Assembly: GCA_963806185.1 (NCBI GenBank)
Contig: CAWDXE010000003.1
Location: forward strand, 128,001 to 192,000
Direction of reading: 5' to 3'
DNA: 64,000 nt
Origin: an uncultured candidate division Zixibacteria bacterium
GTDB lineage: Bacteria > Zixibacteria > MSB-5A5 > GN15 > FEB-12
This document shows, in pieces, positions 20,111-28,333 of the stretch. Numbering within the stretch: the first letter of the stretch is position 1; each line of letters starts with the position of its first letter. A model generated the notes under the pieces. That model saw nothing but the letters and a program-made list of their open reading frames with translations. It did no database searches and was not told the DNA's origin. The position numbers and the translations under genes were made by a program.

Positions 20111-21343
20111 TCATTCGTGGGCAGGACGAGGAGGCAAATGCTCACCGCTGTGGGGCGGCGGTATGGGGTCAAGTGATGGAGGGACTTTCGGAATCGGCGG
20201 CGGCGCCGGAACCGGGGCACCTTCGTCGGGAGTGCCCAGCCGATCGTGGAGGCTGAGGTACCGTCGGCTGCCGAACCGGGTAAGAATCACCGCACCCAGG
20301 CCGGTGAAGATGGGAACAAGCGATAACAGCGAGATCAGGACGAGAAGAGCTACGCCAAGCCCAAACACGGTTCCATCGGATCCCATCATCATTGCTGCCA
20401 GAAACCAGGGAGTCATGAATAAGAGAGCGCCAATGAGCGCGGCCACCAGCGGACTGCGAGACGACCGACCGATGGCCGTAAGGAACCAAGCGCCCACCCG
20501 CTGTCCCCAGGCAATCACGCCCAGCGACATTGCGAAAACGTAAAGGAACGGCAGAAAGGCGATGGCCAGAATCCCTACGATGGTGATAGCCAGCAGAATA
20601 ATAAGTACTGGAATCATAAAGATGGCGATGACGCCGAGTCCGAACGAACGCAGAGGGTACATGCGAATGGCATCGCTGACAACGCCGCTCTGTCGTGACA
20701 TCAGGCTGACCACGACGAAAGTACAGAGCAGCAAGTAGATGGTGAAAGCGAAGACAACCCAGATGCCGCTGGGGGTGTACTCACCGGCGATACGGCCAAC
20801 GGGGAAATCCAGCGGGTTGGTGATGATCTGTTGGCCGAGGACGTTTCCGCCTCGCTTAATCTGGATTTCCGGCGCTTTTACGTCGCCATCAACCTGCCCG
20901 GTTTCAGTGACCAGGACTTTGTCGTTAATCGATTGAACCGAACCTTGAACCCATCCTTTGATGGTTATGCGGCCGTATGCGACGATATCCCCGCTCACGA
21001 ATTCATCGATACCGACCTGAACTGATTTCTGGAAGGGTTTGACGGTCAATTCTTCGGTGCAGCGATCCTCGGCGGCCTCCAGCTCTCGCGTCTCCGTTCG
21101 CGGGCGTTCGCCGCCCCTCCGGTCGCGCTGGCCCACTCTGTCGCCGCGCACGAAAACGCCGTCGGTGAAATTGTACTCCCACCGGAAGCCGGCACTGTCG
21201 TATGCCACTACGCCTTCGGGGGACAACTCAATTTCAGTGAAGATGGTGTCCGGTGCGGACTGTGCGACAACGAGTTGAGGCAGCATGGCGAGAGCCGCAC
21301 TGACTAGCAATACTAATATGCGCAAGGTCGCGCGAAGAGACAT
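20111..21343 (-). CDS. Membrane protein with bactofilin-like periplasmic beta-helix and Pro-rich tail
   Basis: Signal peptide; V.GDIV..G.ITI.G.VQGSV...V...G.VDGDV repeats; about 6 TM helices. Confidence 0.7.
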   Translation of the reverse strand: MSLRATLRILVLLVSAALAMLPQLVVAQSAPDTIFTEIELSPEGVVAYDSAGFRWEYNFTDGVFVRGDRVGQRDRRGGERPRTETRELEAAEDRCTEELTVKPFQKSVQVGIDEFVSGDIVAYGRITIKGWVQGSVQSINDKVLVTETGQVDGDVKAPEIQIKRGGNVLGQQIITNPLDFPVGRIAGEYTPSGIWVVFAFTIYLLLCTFVVVSLMSRQSGVVSDAIRMYPLRSFGLGVIAIFMIPVLIILLAITIVGILAIAFLPFLYVFAMSLGVIAWGQRVGAWFLTAIGRSSRSPLVAALIGALLFMTPWFLAAMMMGSDGTVFGLGVALLVLISLLSLVPIFTGLGAVILTRFGSRRYLSLHDRLGTPDEGAPVPAPPPIPKVPPSLDPIPPPHSGEHLPPRPAHE

Positions 21344-21371
21344 GATGACATCCTATGTGTTGTCAGTCGCA

Positions 21372-22358
21372 CTAAAACCGTGCAACCGTGACATCGCCCG
21401 AAATCGAATTGAGGGAGATGCGCGTTCCACCCTCGCCGAAATCACCCACCAGTTTCTGTTTCGACATGGAGCTGATGGCGATCGGAATTTCTGTTTTAAT
21501 CTCACCGGCCTTGGAAACAGCACTCAAGGTACCGGACGCCAGCTCCGGAAGACTGAGTTTGATATTGCCGCTTTCGGATTCGATGAAGCAATCTCGTTGC
21601 GAATCCAGGTTGGTTTGCACGTCGATACTGCCAGTGGTCGTCATGATATCAAGCGCCCCGCGCTCCTGACGAACAGTCACTGTGGCTGTGGTCGTCTTGA
21701 CTTTCACATCCCCCTCCACCCAGGAGAGATCGATTGACCCCATGGGTTGGCGGACAGATACGGGACCGTAGAGGAGCTCACCCTTGGTCGAACCCGACGA
21801 ATTCTCAATCGAGACGGCACCTTCGATACTGCTCAGCTCAATATTCGCGGCAGAGCTAATGATGGCAAGATCTCCGCGAAGATGGGTCGCCGTGATTCTT
21901 CCCGTCGTACTACGAGCCGTCAGCTTGCTACCGTCAGGGATCTGAATTTGATAATCGACTTCACCCCATGATTCGTCGCTGCCTCGTCCAAGCACTTTCT
22001 GCCAGAAATTGGGACTGCGATTGCTGATACGGAGATAGTGGGTGCCGACCGTTATTCTCTGACCTTGCTGTTCAAGCCGGATTTCGATGTGATCGGCGGC
22101 AATTTCAGCCTCGTCCATGCTCACGGCGTCGATCCGCTTGACGGCATCGATGATGAGCCGGTTATCAGGGGAAGCGGTCACGACCAGATTTCCTGCCAAA
22201 TATGACAAATCGACGTCCACGCTGCCCTTGGTGTCAACAATTCGCTGGTACTGATACCTGTATTCTTTGGCCTGTGAAGCAGGCGCCGCCAGCAGGGCGA
22301 GTAGGGTGAAGAATAATCCAGTCAACTGATAGACGCGCATAACTTCCTGAGACGCCAA
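21372..22358 (-). CDS. DUF4097 family beta-strand repeat protein
   Basis: Signal peptide; S/T-x-S/T-G-x-I repeats; ends ISLNSISGDVTV. Confidence 0.8.
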   Translation of the reverse strand: MASQEVMRVYQLTGLFFTLLALLAAPASQAKEYRYQYQRIVDTKGSVDVDLSYLAGNLVVTASPDNRLIIDAVKRIDAVSMDEAEIAADHIEIRLEQQGQRITVGTHYLRISNRSPNFWQKVLGRGSDESWGEVDYQIQIPDGSKLTARSTTGRITATHLRGDLAIISSAANIELSSIEGAVSIENSSGSTKGELLYGPVSVRQPMGSIDLSWVEGDVKVKTTTATVTVRQERGALDIMTTTGSIDVQTNLDSQRDCFIESESGNIKLSLPELASGTLSAVSKAGEIKTEIPIAISSMSKQKLVGDFGEGGTRISLNSISGDVTVARF

Positions 22359-22361
22359 AGG

Positions 22362-22940
22362 TTACAAGTGCTTGAGCTTCTTTTTCAGAAGCTCCCGGGC
22401 ACGGAATATCCGCGCCTTGACCGTACCCACCGGTATACGTAGTAAATCGGCTATTTCCTCGTATGTTTTATCGTCCTTATGACGGTAGATGATGACTTCC
22501 CGGTATTTTTTCGGCAGGGACTCTATGGCTTCCTCGATACTGAAACTCTGCTCTTTTCGCTCCAGATCCCGTTCCGGGTGGTAGGAATAGTCAGCGACCT
22601 CGAATTCGACCTGACCGTCTTTGGTTTCAGTCGGCCGGTCCAGAGAAAGGGCCTGAATTCGACGTTTGCGCAAGTAATCGATCGAGGAATTGGCCGCAAT
22701 CTTATAGAGCCAGGTGGAGAAGCGGTACTCCGAACGGTAGGAACCGAGTGAGGAGAAAGCCTTCATGAAGGTTTCCTGAACCAGATCGTGGGCAACTTCT
22801 TCGTCGCGAACCATTCGATTGATGATATGAAAGATGGGGAGGCGGTGCTTGTGCATGAGCCAGGCATACGCCTTCTGACTGCCGGCGAGCGCCTCGGCAA
22901 TCATCATGGATTCTTCTTCATGTAAGCGATTGTCGTCCAC
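22362..22940 (-). CDS. ECF RNA polymerase sigma factor (SigW/RpoE-like)
   Basis: DLVQETFMKAF, FSTWLYKIAAN..IDYLRK, YEEIA..L.IPVGTVKARIFRAR. Confidence 0.95.
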   Translation of the reverse strand: MDDNRLHEEESMMIAEALAGSQKAYAWLMHKHRLPIFHIINRMVRDEEVAHDLVQETFMKAFSSLGSYRSEYRFSTWLYKIAANSSIDYLRKRRIQALSLDRPTETKDGQVEFEVADYSYHPERDLERKEQSFSIEEAIESLPKKYREVIIYRHKDDKTYEEIADLLRIPVGTVKARIFRARELLKKKLKHL

Positions 22941-23122
22941 GTTTACTGGTTGCCTATTCCCTGGTCAAAGTGGAGGTAATATAACGATTTCACGGCCGTC
23001 TCCGCATACAAAAATGTCCAGCCGAATCATTATGGTCTAATCACTTAGCCGTCGCCGTATCCCTGACTATATGTCTCTCTCGGACTGAGATTGGGCCGGG
23101 TAGTGGTCCGCGAGAGGAAGGT

Positions 23123-23278
23123 ATGGATGTTTGTCAGCAGGACGAATCGGCCTTCGTATTCACCGGTGCGCACTCAGATTCCAGTCAGCGATCTCCTTCC
23201 GGGATCAATCTGCCTGAGAACGACGAGGGGGCGGCTCGTCTTAATATTTACGACTTGTTTATCCATGCTAATGCCTGA
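23123..23278 (+). CDS. Putative 51-aa small protein (MDVCQQDESAF...IYDLFIHANA)
   Basis: Manual translation; purine-rich GAGAGGAAGGT directly before ATG; no family recognised. Confidence 0.4.
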   Translation: MDVCQQDESAFVFTGAHSDSSQRSPSGINLPENDEGAARLNIYDLFIHANA

Positions 23279-23631
23279 AACTACACAGGGGAGGTTCGTC
23301 ACTCGGCAGCACGGCAGTGACGGGCTCCGTGGTAAGCCATTCAACGCCAATGCTATCATCGAGCCGGACGGCAAGAGCGCGATCAATCGGCGTGATGACC
23401 GCCATTTTTAAACAGGATCGCATATAGACCCATCCGGGCGCCTGACCCATACATTTTCCAAGAAACTCGAAACAATGAAACGATCGCCGTTTCGGCCTGA
23501 CTGGTGATGGAGTGTCCGGCGGCGTGGTGAATAAGTAAACAAACGGAGGCTGTCGCGCAACAAATCCGCTGTCATCGCTCGTGCAGTCACGGGGTTACGC
23601 CGTTAATACGAAGTAGGAGAGGAGAAGCTTC

Positions 23632-24393
23632 GTGCTGTACGATTACCCCGAGTACTACGAGTTGGCATTTTCGTTTCGCGATATAAAGCGGGAGACGGAC
23701 TTTCTCGTGGAGTGCATCAAGAAGTATTCGCGCGTACCCGTGAAGCGGGTGTTTGAAGTCGCGTGCGGGCACGCTCCTCACGCCGGGGAGTTGACAGAAC
23801 GCGGATATACCTACTCCGGTCTCGACATCAATCGCAATATGCTCGACTATGCCACTTACAAATGGCGTGGCTTGAAACCGTCTCCCGATTTCGTCGAGTC
23901 CGACATGAAGATCTTCGAGGTCGAGAAGAAGGCGGACTTTGCGTTTGTCATGCTGGGATCGCTTTATCTCAATTCTCTGGAGGAAATGAGCGAGCATTTT
24001 GACTGCATGGGGCGGGCGCTGCGCCCCGGGGGATTGTACTTCCTCGATTGGTGTGTGCAATTCGCCGATCCGCTGGCGCCGCGAATCGACAGCGTCATGA
24101 ACAGCGAGAGCAACGGAGTCGCGGTAGAATCGAAGTTCAACATCCGTCTCGTTGATACGGCAAGCCAGATGTACGAAGAGGTTTGGACGGTGATTATCGA
24201 TGACCACGGCCGACGCCGGACCTTTGAAATGATCGAACGGAATCGTGCCATCTATCCGCAGGAATTCCAGCTCTTCCTGAGAACGCGCAACGATTTCGAA
24301 TTTGTCGGCTGGTGGCACGACTGGAACCTGGCGCACCCGATCGACGGGCGCGCCGAAGTTCATCGTCCGGTAGTGCTCATCCGGCGCAAATAG
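23632..24393 (+). CDS. Class I SAM-dependent methyltransferase
   Basis: VFEVACG motif I, GLDIN..ML, ALRPGGLYFLD; AGGAGAGGAG RBS with GTG start. Confidence 0.88.
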   Translation: MLYDYPEYYELAFSFRDIKRETDFLVECIKKYSRVPVKRVFEVACGHAPHAGELTERGYTYSGLDINRNMLDYATYKWRGLKPSPDFVESDMKIFEVEKKADFAFVMLGSLYLNSLEEMSEHFDCMGRALRPGGLYFLDWCVQFADPLAPRIDSVMNSESNGVAVESKFNIRLVDTASQMYEEVWTVIIDDHGRRRTFEMIERNRAIYPQEFQLFLRTRNDFEFVGWWHDWNLAHPIDGRAEVHRPVVLIRRK

Positions 24394-24398
24394 CCTGC

Positions 24399-25049
24399 TC
24401 AGCCCTGCGCCGGGGCTTTCTTCGCACCCATGACCAGCGCCTGTAGTCCGGCGATCATCTGATCGGCGGTCTTTTCCGGTCCCGTCAATTTGAAAAACAG
24501 ATTGCCGCCCGGTGCTTCGAGGACTACACCGGCCATCCGGTATCCTTCGCGCGGACCGGCAGCGGCGCCCATTCCGCCCATTGAACCGGCATTGTAGATA
24601 CCTGCCACTTCGACCAGGTGCGCTTTGAGTCCGTCGGGTGTGTCAAAATCGAGTTTTTTTGCGACCGTGTGCGGGTCGGCGCCATCGGCCAACGCCATTT
24701 GACCAATCCATCGCTCGATATTTGCCTCTACCCCGCCGCCGCCCTGAGGACCGAAATAGAACACGACCATGGTGGCGGAATCCTTGTCACCCTCGACCGG
24801 ACCGAAGCTGTAATCGGCGAAGCGCATGCCGCTGGCGCCGTGAGAAGTCCATGTGGACGGTGCGACAAATGTCACGCCGGCGACCGTTACCGGCTCTCCG
24901 TCGAGCGTTACCGTGACTTGTTTATTGGGGTCAAAAATAGTGCCGGTTGCGGACGCAGTCTGCTGGTCGGAAGTTTTGGCGCCGTCCTGTTTGGCGCAGG
25001 CGCCGAGGGTCAGCGCCAGAATGAGCGCGGCGGCGAATGTCGTCTTCAT
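24399..25049 (-). CDS. Conserved hypothetical lipoprotein
   Basis: Lipobox LGAC; MRFADY...GGGVEANIERWIGQ...FFKLTGP; GAGGAG RBS. Confidence 0.8.
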   Translation of the reverse strand: MKTTFAAALILALTLGACAKQDGAKTSDQQTASATGTIFDPNKQVTVTLDGEPVTVAGVTFVAPSTWTSHGASGMRFADYSFGPVEGDKDSATMVVFYFGPQGGGGVEANIERWIGQMALADGADPHTVAKKLDFDTPDGLKAHLVEVAGIYNAGSMGGMGAAAGPREGYRMAGVVLEAPGGNLFFKLTGPEKTADQMIAGLQALVMGAKKAPAQG

Positions 25050-25180
25050 TGGTCTCTCCTCTAATCGTTGACGTATCTGGGCGGGAAGATAGGGGGGTTG
25101 AAAGGCGAAGGAAAGGGGAAAATGCGGGGTCTACTCTCTGGTAACGGGAGGCACAAGCCTCAATGGCCGCCGCCAGCCAC

Positions 25181-25843
25181 TCATAAATTCGCCCGCATCT
25201 CCACCGCCCAGTAGTACTCGCCGTAGAATGAAACCGATCGATCTGGAAAGCGAGGGGCGAAAATCGATTCGAGTTCGTCCTTCACGAAGTAGTTCTTCAG
25301 TATCACGTGCTCCTGACCATTGCCCAGTTTCCGCACTTTCAGATTGTTGCCGTGCTCGTCGGTGCCGGCCGAATCATTGGTCGGACCCTCGGCGGGCGGA
25401 TTGTTGTCGATCATCCAGATCGGCGAGCCCGTTCTTAGCGGGCGAGTGATCATTTCGAAGAAGCGCGCGTAGTCCTGCCTGGGATGATGCGAAAACCAGA
25501 AGCCAATGGCAAGGCAATCGAATGATTCGGGTCGAAACGGCAGCCCGAACAGGTCGGCGCGCAAAAAATCAACCGGTTTGGCAAACGGCTTCTGCCTGGC
25601 TTCGTTGAGCATCTCGGCGGAAATGTCGGAGGCGGTGACATGCGCCGCTGTTTCCGACATCAGGTGCGTCCAATAGCCGGTACCGCAGGCAAGCTCCAAG
25701 ACGTCACGACCGCCCACAAGCTTCTGGAGGCGCACACCCTCATCGAGAAGTTCCTGGCGCCGTTTCGCGATGGGGCGGTAGTAGATTTGTTCGTACTCCG
25801 ACGCTCGCTTGTTATAGTAATCGACCAGTTTACGGTCGCGCAT
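25181..25843 (-). CDS. Class I SAM-dependent methyltransferase
   Basis: YY..RA.EYE, VLELACGTGYWT, D.S.EML, FWFSH. Confidence 0.9.
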   Translation of the reverse strand: MRDRKLVDYYNKRASEYEQIYYRPIAKRRQELLDEGVRLQKLVGGRDVLELACGTGYWTHLMSETAAHVTASDISAEMLNEARQKPFAKPVDFLRADLFGLPFRPESFDCLAIGFWFSHHPRQDYARFFEMITRPLRTGSPIWMIDNNPPAEGPTNDSAGTDEHGNNLKVRKLGNGQEHVILKNYFVKDELESIFAPRFPDRSVSFYGEYYWAVEMRANL

Positions 25844-26450
25844 ATTTCGTCCTCAGGGTGTCGGCGAGGTGAGCGCCGAGTGCCCTTGCTTGCGCCATGA
25901 CGTCGGCATGGTTGTTAACGGTGCCACGATCGAAATCCTCGTGCGCGAAAGTCACCATCCCCTCACTCGCTATCTCGATCCACTTGAAGAAACCGACGAT
26001 GGTCCGACGCGCACCTTCGAACCAGCCGTGCGTGCCCCCAACGAGGATGATCGCTCCCGGCCGCTTGCGCGGAAGCAGCTTGAGAAACGAGTGTTCAGGA
26101 TCAGCGTTCTCAAAATCCGCAGGCCGAAAACAATTGCACCTATCGATAAGCAGCTTTGCCTGCGCAGAAACATTGTCGAAGTAGATTGGCGAGCCGAAGA
26201 GCAGGCAATCGCAGTCGGCGATGCGCTGGTAGATTTTGTCGGCATCGTCGTGGTAGAAGCAGTAATCAGGAGCCGGCGCCTTGCCGCAAGACTGGCAGGG
26301 CATGATGAATAGCGAATTGAGATTGAAGTGAACAACTTCTACCGGCTCAGGGGCCAGCCCGTCGATCAGGCCCTGACGGACGGAGTCAAGCAGAATGTCG
26401 GTCGAAGCGCTCTCGGTGGGTGAGCCCGAGATGGAGAGTACCTTAATCAC
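25830..26450 (-). CDS. Flavodoxin-family/iron-sulfur flavoprotein (NADPH-dependent FMN reductase fold)
   Basis: ISGSP, PCQSC...C cysteine cluster, FGSPIYF..VSAQ.K.LIDR; GTG start at 26450. Confidence 0.85.
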   Translation of the reverse strand: MIKVLSISGSPTESASTDILLDSVRQGLIDGLAPEPVEVVHFNLNSLFIMPCQSCGKAPAPDYCFYHDDADKIYQRIADCDCLLFGSPIYFDNVSAQAKLLIDRCNCFRPADFENADPEHSFLKLLPRKRPGAIILVGGTHGWFEGARRTIVGFFKWIEIASEGMVTFAHEDFDRGTVNNHADVMAQARALGAHLADTLRTKYARP

Positions 26451-28329
26451 TTTGCGCGGCCTCCATCCTTTCAACTTCTGCATAAAGGGTAAGGAGCGCT
26501 TCCTCCACCTCGCGTTTGCGTCCTGCCGCTGCGTGGAGGCGCTCCCAATCGTGAGTGGGAATGCCGCCGTTGATGTCATGATCGAGCTGTTCAAGCTCCC
26601 GTTCCATGTCGGAGATTCGGGAGCGCATGGACGTAAGCTCTTTTTTTTGCCGGGTCTTTCGTTTGGATTGCTCCTTGAAATCGTCAAAAGCCTGCTTTTG
26701 TTTTTCCGATTTGCCTTTGCTGACCGGCGCCGGCAATTCCGTTGTCTTTTCGACAAAGTACTTGTAGTTGCCGTTATACATGGTGACACGGCCGTCATGC
26801 ACATACAGAATCTTGTCGACGACCTCATTGAGAAAGTACCGGTCGTGACTGACGATGAGGCAGCATCCTTCGTACTCCCGCAAAGCGATTTCCAGCGCTT
26901 CACGGGCGTAGATATCGAGGTGGTTGGTCGGTTCGTCAAGAATGACAAAATTAGCCGGGTGATAGAGCAGTTTGGCCAGGCAGAGTTTGGTTTTTTCGCC
27001 GCCGGACAAAGTCCCCACCAGTTTGAATGCATCTTCGCCTGAGAATCCGAACCGCCCGAGAAACGATCTCATTGTGTGCGCGTCGGCGACAGGATCGAGT
27101 TCCCAGAGATTGTCCAGCGCCGTGGCCTCCAGATTGAGATCGGAAAGTTCCTGATCGAAATAGGCTACGTCGACATTTGTACCCAGTCGAATAGAACCGT
27201 CAATAGGCTCGAGTTCACCCAGCAAAGATTTGAGCAGAGTCGACTTGCCGGAGCCGTTGCGCCCGATAATGCCGATCTTCTCCCCGCGATATACGTCGAA
27301 GTCGACGTCTTGAAGCACAACGTCAGTGCCGTAGGCAAGAGTAACATCCTCGACAGCCAGTACGTGCATAAACGAGCGGCCGGAGGATTGCAGTTTGATC
27401 GCCGGACCGGAAGCGTCGGCCTTGGGTGGCGGCAGGCGTTTAATGCGATTGAGGTACTTCAGCTTTGACTGCGCCTGTTTGGTTTTCTGGCCGGCCATGT
27501 TGCGACGCACAAACTCCTCGATGCGCTTGATTTCCTCCTGCTGATGCTTGTAGTGGTGCAGGGCGAGGCGTTTGCGGTCGACGCGTTCCTTGATGTAGCG
27601 CTCAAAACCGCCGGTGTACGTGTCAAACTTACCAAAGGCCAGTTCCCAGACCTGATCCGCCGCGGCGGAGAGAAAGGCGCGATCGTGCGATACAATAATG
27701 CAAGCTCGGCCGAGCGACGCCAGGTACTGTTCGAGCCAAGTGGTCGATTCGATGTCGAGGTGATTAGTCGGCTCGTCCAGAAGCAGCAAATTGCCGCGCC
27801 CGGCGAGGATACGGGCAAGACCGGCGCGATTTTTTTCTCCGCCGGAGAAATTGCGCAAGCGGTCGTCGAAGCGAGCCTCTTCGAAGCCCAACCCATGGAG
27901 AATCAGTTTGATTTCGTTTTCGAAATCGAACCCGCCCTCCCGTTCGAAGCGATGGTGCAGCAGGCCGAGTTTGTCGACCGCCGCGGTGTCGTTCGGTGAG
28001 TACGTGAGATAGATTTCAAGTTCGGTGATCTGCCGGTGGAGATCGAGCAGATCACGACGGGCGTCGGCGACAAATTCGTGCAGAGACAGATCGAGGTATT
28101 CGGTCTTTTCCTGTTCGACATAATCGATGTGGCAGGCTTTGGCCTTGTTGATGACGCCGGTATCGGTCTCCTGCTTGCCCGCGAGAATCTCGAGGAGCGT
28201 GGTCTTGCCGATACCGTTCTTGCCCACCAGTGCGATGCGGTCGCCCGGGTTGATCGTGAACGACACCTCGTCCAGGATCACCTGGTCGTTGAACTTCTTC
28301 GATAGTCGTTCGGCGGCCAGGAGACTCAC
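26443..28329 (-). CDS. ABC-F family ATPase
   Basis: Two ABC cassettes (GKNGIGKTT, FSGGE, DEPTNHLD; GRNGSGKST, LSGGE, DEPTNHLD), no TM segments, C-terminal coiled coil. Confidence 0.93.
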   Translation of the reverse strand: MSLLAAERLSKKFNDQVILDEVSFTINPGDRIALVGKNGIGKTTLLEILAGKQETDTGVINKAKACHIDYVEQEKTEYLDLSLHEFVADARRDLLDLHRQITELEIYLTYSPNDTAAVDKLGLLHHRFEREGGFDFENEIKLILHGLGFEEARFDDRLRNFSGGEKNRAGLARILAGRGNLLLLDEPTNHLDIESTTWLEQYLASLGRACIIVSHDRAFLSAAADQVWELAFGKFDTYTGGFERYIKERVDRKRLALHHYKHQQEEIKRIEEFVRRNMAGQKTKQAQSKLKYLNRIKRLPPPKADASGPAIKLQSSGRSFMHVLAVEDVTLAYGTDVVLQDVDFDVYRGEKIGIIGRNGSGKSTLLKSLLGELEPIDGSIRLGTNVDVAYFDQELSDLNLEATALDNLWELDPVADAHTMRSFLGRFGFSGEDAFKLVGTLSGGEKTKLCLAKLLYHPANFVILDEPTNHLDIYAREALEIALREYEGCCLIVSHDRYFLNEVVDKILYVHDGRVTMYNGNYKYFVEKTTELPAPVSKGKSEKQKQAFDDFKEQSKRKTRQKKELTSMRSRISDMERELEQLDHDINGGIPTHDWERLHAAAGRKREVEEALLTLYAEVERMEAAQSD

Positions 28330-28333
28330 GACC

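Noticed and set aside
23091..23411. 106-aa ORF in the track
   Set aside because: TTG start without an RBS and no family features. The 51-aa ORF in another frame has the better RBS.
23500..23530. GGTGATGGAGT resembling the start of a fluoride riboswitch
   Set aside because: The P1 complement and the downstream ACTCC pseudoknot partner are missing.
26451..27032. 400-aa version of the flavoprotein ORF
   Set aside because: The upstream half overlaps the ABC-F gene in another frame. The flavodoxin fold begins at GTG 26450.
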